A program made the position numbers and the translations under genes. From Trueperaceae bacterium (lineage in GTDB: Bacteria > Deinococcota > Deinococci > Deinococcales > Trueperaceae), in NCBI GenBank assembly GCA_965213925.1, contig OZ243927.1, positions 2,784,001 to 2,848,000 of the forward strand: a stretch of DNA of 64,000 bases. Direction: 5' to 3'. This document shows, piece by piece, positions 59,276 to 64,000 of this stretch. A model generated the notes under the pieces. The model was not told the origin of the DNA, did no database searches, and was given only the letters and a program-made list of their open reading frames with translations. Position 1 is the stretch's first letter. Every line of letters starts with the position of its first letter.

Positions 59276-60636
59276 TGCGTATTGCGGTCATCGGCGGCGG
59301 CATCTCCGGTCTCACAGCGGCTTATTACCTCTCTAAGCGTCCCGGCTTAGACATTACTGTGCTCGAGTCCTCCCCCCAGCTAGGCGGTAAACTAGGCGTC
59401 AGCACCCCGCAAGGCTACACGGTGGACTGGGCGGCGAACGGCTTTCTCACCAACGTCACCGAGACGTTGGAGCTGGCGCAGGATTTAGGTTTAGCGGACG
59501 AGTTAGAGCCTGCTTCTGAGGCGGCGAAGTACCGCTTTCTCTTCAAGAATGGTGAGCTTAAGCCTTTACCTCTTTTACCGCCGACCTTTTTCAAGTCCAA
59601 CCTCTTGACGCCCGCAGGCAAGGTGAGGGCAACGCTAGAGCCCCTCCTAGGCAGACACGTCAAGGCTGAGGAGAGCGTTTACGACTTCTTAAAGCGGCAC
59701 TTTGGAGGACAGTTCGCTAGAGTGTTTGCGGGACCGTTTACGTTAGGGATTACTTCGGGGGACGCTAAGGAACTCAGCTTAGACGCGCTCTTCCCGCGCT
59801 TTCGGGACTTGGAGCGTGAGCACGGGAGCTTAATCCGCGGAATGATAGCGGCGCAAAGAAGAGCGAAGGCGGAGAATAAACCTAAAAGCCGTCTGACGAG
59901 CTTTCGCTCAGGTGGTAGCAATAGACTCATTCATGCGTTAGGTGACGCGCTCGGAGAGCGGGTGCGGCTTGGTGTCGGGGTGGAGAGGCTCGAGCCTCAA
60001 CCTAGAGGCTACGCCCTCACGCTCTCGTCCGGTGAAACGTTGGACGCGAACGCGGTTATCTTGGCGACGCCTGCTTATGTCTCGGCGGAGCTTGTTAGCG
60101 TATTTGCACCCACCGCCTCGAGCGAACTAGGGCGAATCTCTTACGCCGACGTGCAGGTCTTCGGGCTCGGTTATGACCGTGCGGACGTGCCTAACGCGCT
60201 AGAGGGCTTCGGCTTTCTCGTACCGAGGGGTGAAGGGCTGCGCGTATTGGGCGTACTTTACGGGTCGTCGATCTTTCCAAGTCAAGCGCCTGCAGGAAAG
60301 GTGTTGCTGCGCGTGATTGCGGGCGGGAGTGTGGACCCGGAGTTTTCGAAGTTGTCCGAAGAGGCGATGCTCGAGGTCGTCAGGTGCGACTTAGAGATTA
60401 GTTTGGGTATCACCGCTGAGCCGGAGATGGTCAAACATATTCCCTGGTCTAAAGGGATTCCGCAGTACAAACTCGGTCACGGCGTTCGCGTCAAGACCAT
60501 CATGCAAGAGATGAGGTCGCAGCCGGGGCTCTACCTTACGGGCAATGCTTACTACGGCGTCGGTGTAAACGACTGCGTGCGGGACGCGAAGCGGGTCGCG
60601 GAGACCCTTTTAGAGGCGCTCAGAGAGGAACGTTAG
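59272..60636 (+). CDS. hemG: Protoporphyrinogen/coproporphyrinogen oxidase (HemY/HemG type)
   Basis: IGGGISGLTAA, GFGFLVPR, IPQY..GH and GN.Y.GVGVNDC motifs. Confidence 0.92.
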   Translation: MMRIAVIGGGISGLTAAYYLSKRPGLDITVLESSPQLGGKLGVSTPQGYTVDWAANGFLTNVTETLELAQDLGLADELEPASEAAKYRFLFKNGELKPLPLLPPTFFKSNLLTPAGKVRATLEPLLGRHVKAEESVYDFLKRHFGGQFARVFAGPFTLGITSGDAKELSLDALFPRFRDLEREHGSLIRGMIAAQRRAKAENKPKSRLTSFRSGGSNRLIHALGDALGERVRLGVGVERLEPQPRGYALTLSSGETLDANAVILATPAYVSAELVSVFAPTASSELGRISYADVQVFGLGYDRADVPNALEGFGFLVPRGEGLRVLGVLYGSSIFPSQAPAGKVLLRVIAGGSVDPEFSKLSEEAMLEVVRCDLEISLGITAEPEMVKHIPWSKGIPQYKLGHGVRVKTIMQEMRSQPGLYLTGNAYYGVGVNDCVRDAKRVAETLLEALREER

Positions 60637-61398
60637 GAGCTGCCGCCACGCCCTCCCTTGTGCGCCGCCTGCTTCGGTAGGGTCGGACGCGCTCACGAAG
60701 GCGTGACCGACGCCCTCGTAAATCGTAACTTCGTGCGGCACGTTCGCCTCCTCTAGCGCTGCCCCGAACGCCCTCACGCTTTCAACCGAAATCATGCCGT
60801 CCTCTGCGCCGAATACGCCGAGGACGGGACCGGGTAGGGTGCGGAGCCGGGCAACGTCCGTCACTCTGTCGCCGTAAAAGTCACCCGTCGCCGCGATATC
60901 GTCGTTATGAAAGCTGTATTCGAGCGCCACCCCGCCGCCGTAGCAAAAGCCGATGATGGCGGTGCGTTCGGGGTCAACCCCTCCCTGCTCGGTAAGCCAG
61001 TTGTAAACCGCGTCCACATCTGTATTGACCTGCTCTTGCGGCGTGCGCACGGTTTGATAAATGGCGGTGGGAATCCAGGTCGTGCTGCGTCCTCTAAAGG
61101 TGTCGGGGGCGACGACGACGTAGCCCTCTTGCGCCAACGTCTCGGCTTTGCCCGTGATGTCCTCGCGCAAGCCCCAAAACTCGTGGATCATGATGACGGC
61201 GGGGAAGGGTCCCGCTCCTTCGGGGCGAGCGACAAAGGCGGCGACGTCGGGTCCGTCAGGATTAGGGATTTGCACGTTCGTAATCGCCCCTACGTCGCCG
61301 CTCACCCACCACCCGAGCGGGATAGAGAGGGCGACACCGCCAACGAGCGCGACAACCGCGACGACGAGACCGGCGATGATTCGTCTGAGTAACTTCAT
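60610..61398 (-). CDS. Dienelactone hydrolase family protein
   Basis: HEFWGL, GFCYGG and Y.GVGHAF motifs; N-terminal TM. Confidence 0.9.
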   Translation of the reverse strand: MKLLRRIIAGLVVAVVALVGGVALSIPLGWWVSGDVGAITNVQIPNPDGPDVAAFVARPEGAGPFPAVIMIHEFWGLREDITGKAETLAQEGYVVVAPDTFRGRSTTWIPTAIYQTVRTPQEQVNTDVDAVYNWLTEQGGVDPERTAIIGFCYGGGVALEYSFHNDDIAATGDFYGDRVTDVARLRTLPGPVLGVFGAEDGMISVESVRAFGAALEEANVPHEVTIYEGVGHAFVSASDPTEAGGAQGRAWRQLLTFLSERL

Positions 61399-61426
61399 CT
61401 CTCTATTATGACGGTAAACTTGTGTT

Positions 61427-62005
61427 ATGAGCTATAGCGGAGCAGTTTTAGCGGGGGGAGTCTCGAGCCGTTTCGCCAGCAAGCGAAAACCCGAGGACAA
61501 AGCCCTTTTCGTCTACCGGGGTAAACCTCTCGCGGCGTGGGCGCTGGGCAGCTTAGAAGGCGCAAATGAGCGCTTTCTCATCGCCAACCGCGCGTATCCC
61601 TCGTTCGAGGTCCCTGTCTATCCCGACCTCTTGCCGGACGGCGGCAGTTTGAGCGGACTGCACAGCGCGCTTCACCATGCGAAAGAGGACTGGGTCGCGC
61701 TCGCCGCGTGCGACATGCCCTTCTTGACCCCGGCGTTTTGGGCGCATCTCTTAAAGTACCGCCCTGAAGATCCTGGCGACGCGCCCATCGTTATCGGCAA
61801 GGGACCGGGGGCGTCTTTGCAACCGCTCGCGGCGCTCTATCACCGCTCGCTTTTAGAAAAAGTTGAGCACAATATTCAGGCTGAGAGGTTGAGTTTGCAG
61901 CGTTTGGCGCGTGAGAGTGACGCCGTCGTCATCCCCTGGCGAGAGCTGAGTCCGCTCGGCAAGAACCTCTATCTCAACGCAAATCGGAAAGACGACCTGC
62001 CGTAA
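61427..62005 (+). CDS. mobA: Molybdenum cofactor guanylyltransferase
   Basis: VLAGG.SSRF..DKA, ACDMPF, PL.ALY and N.N..DD motifs. Confidence 0.88.
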   Translation: MSYSGAVLAGGVSSRFASKRKPEDKALFVYRGKPLAAWALGSLEGANERFLIANRAYPSFEVPVYPDLLPDGGSLSGLHSALHHAKEDWVALAACDMPFLTPAFWAHLLKYRPEDPGDAPIVIGKGPGASLQPLAALYHRSLLEKVEHNIQAERLSLQRLARESDAVVIPWRELSPLGKNLYLNANRKDDLP

Positions 62006-62007
62006 CT

Positions 62008-63195
62008 TCATTCCCGGCAGAAGATGAGCGCTGTTCCGGTGCCGAATACGAGCGCCGTGCAGGTGAGCATCAACACGCCAGCCCATCCGAAATTGGGTAA
62101 CAGCAGCCCCGGCAAAAACGCGCCCAGACTGCCGCCGATGTAGTAGGTAAAGAGGTAGAGCGAGTTCGCGCCGCCCCGGTCGTGGTCGGCTTGGGTGGCG
62201 ACGAACGAGGTGGCGGTGCTCTGCGTGGCGAAGTTGCCGAAGCAGAGTACGAGCAGCGCGGCGATGAGAAAGAGCGTGTCGGGGACGAGCGTCGTGACGT
62301 TCGCAGCGAGCGCGACGAGCATCCCGAGCGCCATCACGAGTCGGCGGCTGAGGCATTTGGAGAGTCGGCTCGAGAAGGGCGAAGAGAGCAGCCCCGTCGC
62401 GTAGACGAGGTAGATGAGCCCCGTCGCAGAAGGCGAGAAGTTAAAGGGCGGCGCTTCCACGTAAAAAGGCAGGTAGGTAAAAATCGCGATAAAGGCGAAA
62501 AAGAGGCAAAAACCCACGCCCAAACCGCCGAGAATTTGCCGGTTGGAGAGATGCGACAAGAGCCCCTTAAAGGCTTGGCTGAATTTAGACGCGGCGTGAA
62601 AGTGCGTCGAGGGCTGAAGCCGCAGCAGTAGCAAGCCCACGAGCAGCGCCACCCCCGCGCTGAGAACGAACATCCAGCGCCAGCCGAAGAGGTCGGTCAC
62701 GAAACCGCTCAGGATGCGGCTGACGAGTCCGCCGAAGACCGTCGCGCCGATGTAACCCCCGATGAGCGAAGACGAGCGCCCCTCCTCGAACTCCTCGGTG
62801 AGATACGTGACCGTCACCGCGGTGATGCCAGGGACCAAACAGCCCTGTAAAAAGCGCCAGACGAGGAGCGTGGTGAGGTCAGGCGCTAAAGCGCAGAAGA
62901 GCGAGGGGACGCTCAGGAGGAGCGTGCAGCCCACAAGCATCGGCTTGCGCCCGATGCGGTCCGAGAGCGGTCCCATCACGAGCGACGCGCCCGCGATGCC
63001 GAAAATCAGCAGGCTCACCGTTAGACTCACGGCGCTGGGGCTCGCCGAGAGGTCGCGCGCGATAACCGGCAAGACCGCTTGCGGCGTGTACATGGCGATA
63101 AACGCCGCTACGACGGCGGCGTAGAGGAGAAGCGTGTCGAGCCAGCTCGAGGACTGCTTAAATTTTGGCGCTGAAGACACAGACGGCTGGGACAT
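62008..63195 (-). CDS. MFS transporter (YnfM-like)
   Basis: GPLSDRIGRK motif A, about 12 TMs, SLYLFTYY.G.S.G. Confidence 0.9.
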   Translation of the reverse strand: MSQPSVSSAPKFKQSSSWLDTLLLYAAVVAAFIAMYTPQAVLPVIARDLSASPSAVSLTVSLLIFGIAGASLVMGPLSDRIGRKPMLVGCTLLLSVPSLFCALAPDLTTLLVWRFLQGCLVPGITAVTVTYLTEEFEEGRSSSLIGGYIGATVFGGLVSRILSGFVTDLFGWRWMFVLSAGVALLVGLLLLRLQPSTHFHAASKFSQAFKGLLSHLSNRQILGGLGVGFCLFFAFIAIFTYLPFYVEAPPFNFSPSATGLIYLVYATGLLSSPFSSRLSKCLSRRLVMALGMLVALAANVTTLVPDTLFLIAALLVLCFGNFATQSTATSFVATQADHDRGGANSLYLFTYYIGGSLGAFLPGLLLPNFGWAGVLMLTCTALVFGTGTALIFCRE

Positions 63196-63345
63196 AGGCG
63201 AATATAGCAGCAATGATAGCAGGTATCATCTGGTTTGAGTGCACGAAGTACGCCGTTAGGCACGCTCGCACTGTTAATAGTGTTGTCTAACACGCACATT
63301 TCAAGATGATGCCTGCGCTTTTCTGTCTCAGTATGTTGTGGAACT

Positions 63346-63404
63346 GCAATGAGTTAAAAGCAATGAGCAATGAGTGGAAGACAAAAACTCATCGCTCGTT
63401 GCTC
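63346..63404. repeat. GCAATGA-heptamer palindromic element, no nested module
   Basis: GCAATGAGTTAAAAGCAATGAGCAATGAG ... CTCATCGCTCGTTGCTC. Confidence 0.75.
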
Positions 63405-63405
63405 C

Positions 63406-64000
63406 CTACGCAATGTCCTGCCGCGTGAAGCTCCAGACCAAAATGCTAGCGAAGATAAGCCCGTACACCGCCATCACCAGCGCCGAGCGCGTCAAGTCCA
63501 CCGTCAAGAAGTCGGCGAGCGGTCCGCCGATGTCGCCGATGGCGTCTGACCCGAACACTTCGGCAAATTGACCTAGAGGTTGCATGGAGGGCGCGTAGAG
63601 GTTCGTCGAGAAGAAGTAGCGCGGCAAGTCTCGGATCGTGTTTTGAATCTGCAACGCCTCTAACGCCGCGTTGAAGCGGTTTATACGGTCGAAGCCGACC
63701 ACGACGCTGTAGAAGCTATACGCACCCTCTAAAAGCGCCGGTAAGAAAAAGATGCTGACGATGCCTAAAGGCAGGTTGCGAAGGAGCCAAATCATCAGGA
63801 ACGCGAAGAGCATCGCCGTGAGCCCGAAAGTCCATTGCAGGAGGTAGAGCCCCGCCAGCCCCAGCCAGTCCGAGCCGAACGAAGTCGGTAAGAAGAGCAT
63901 CCCGACGCCTCCGAAAAGAAGCCCGCTGACGTAGCTGCCGAGTAGGAGCACGCCGAGGACGATCATCGCGGCGACGAGCTTGCCCGTCAAGACGGTCAGG
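63406..64000 (-). CDS. ABC-2 type permease, 5' part outside the window
   Basis: Hydrophobic, GKL..motif and C-terminal F.RQD. Confidence 0.75.
   Translation of the reverse strand, partial: LTVLTGKLVAAMIVLGVLLLGSYVSGLLFGGVGMLFLPTSFGSDWLGLAGLYLLQWTFGLTAMLFAFLMIWLLRNLPLGIVSIFFLPALLEGAYSFYSVVVGFDRINRFNAALEALQIQNTIRDLPRYFFSTNLYAPSMQPLGQFAEVFGSDAIGDIGGPLADFLTVDLTRSALVMAVYGLIFASILVWSFTRQDIA

Noticed and set aside
17151..63404. Dispersed repeats as a CRISPR array
   Set aside because: The copies are kilobases apart, there is no repeat-spacer periodicity, and no cas genes are present.

Overview
GC-rich (about 60% by eye) bacterial chromosomal segment. It is probably from Deinococcota, possibly Trueperaceae-like. 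That assignment is an inference from a Thermus-type PaaR operator, a double-length PaaB, many -10 boxes directly before start codons, and abundant CTCGAG. The window holds about 65 CDS. These include an ExbB/ExbD/TonB-like::DUF3048 operon, paaR-paaABCD, two sugar ABC clusters (one an alpha-galactoside locus with LacI, melA and galK), acyl-CoA dehydrogenases, and housekeeping genes (ftsE, dusA, folE, recX, holA, hisF, hisIE, glpX, hemG/Y, mobA). There are also three TA loci, two Uma2 genes, an intact IS1 with an 8-bp target duplication, and a type ISP/IIG-like RM protein. No rRNA, tRNA or CRISPR array was seen. Best candidates for undescribed biology: (1) an ExbBD motor coupled to a TonB/TolA-type anchor and long Pro-rich linker ending in a DUF3048/YerB domain rather than TonB_C; (2) a full-length P-type ATPase lacking the phospho-Asp (NKTGA) and its ion-binding residues, next to yqhA and small membrane proteins; (3) a CRTAC1/ASPIC-UnbV protein plus a twin-HxxEH membrane protein embedded in a galactoside regulon; (4) periodic palindromic intergenic repeats, two of which carry a nested 43-46 bp module with a covarying hairpin. 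All family calls come from recognising motifs by eye; no searches were run.
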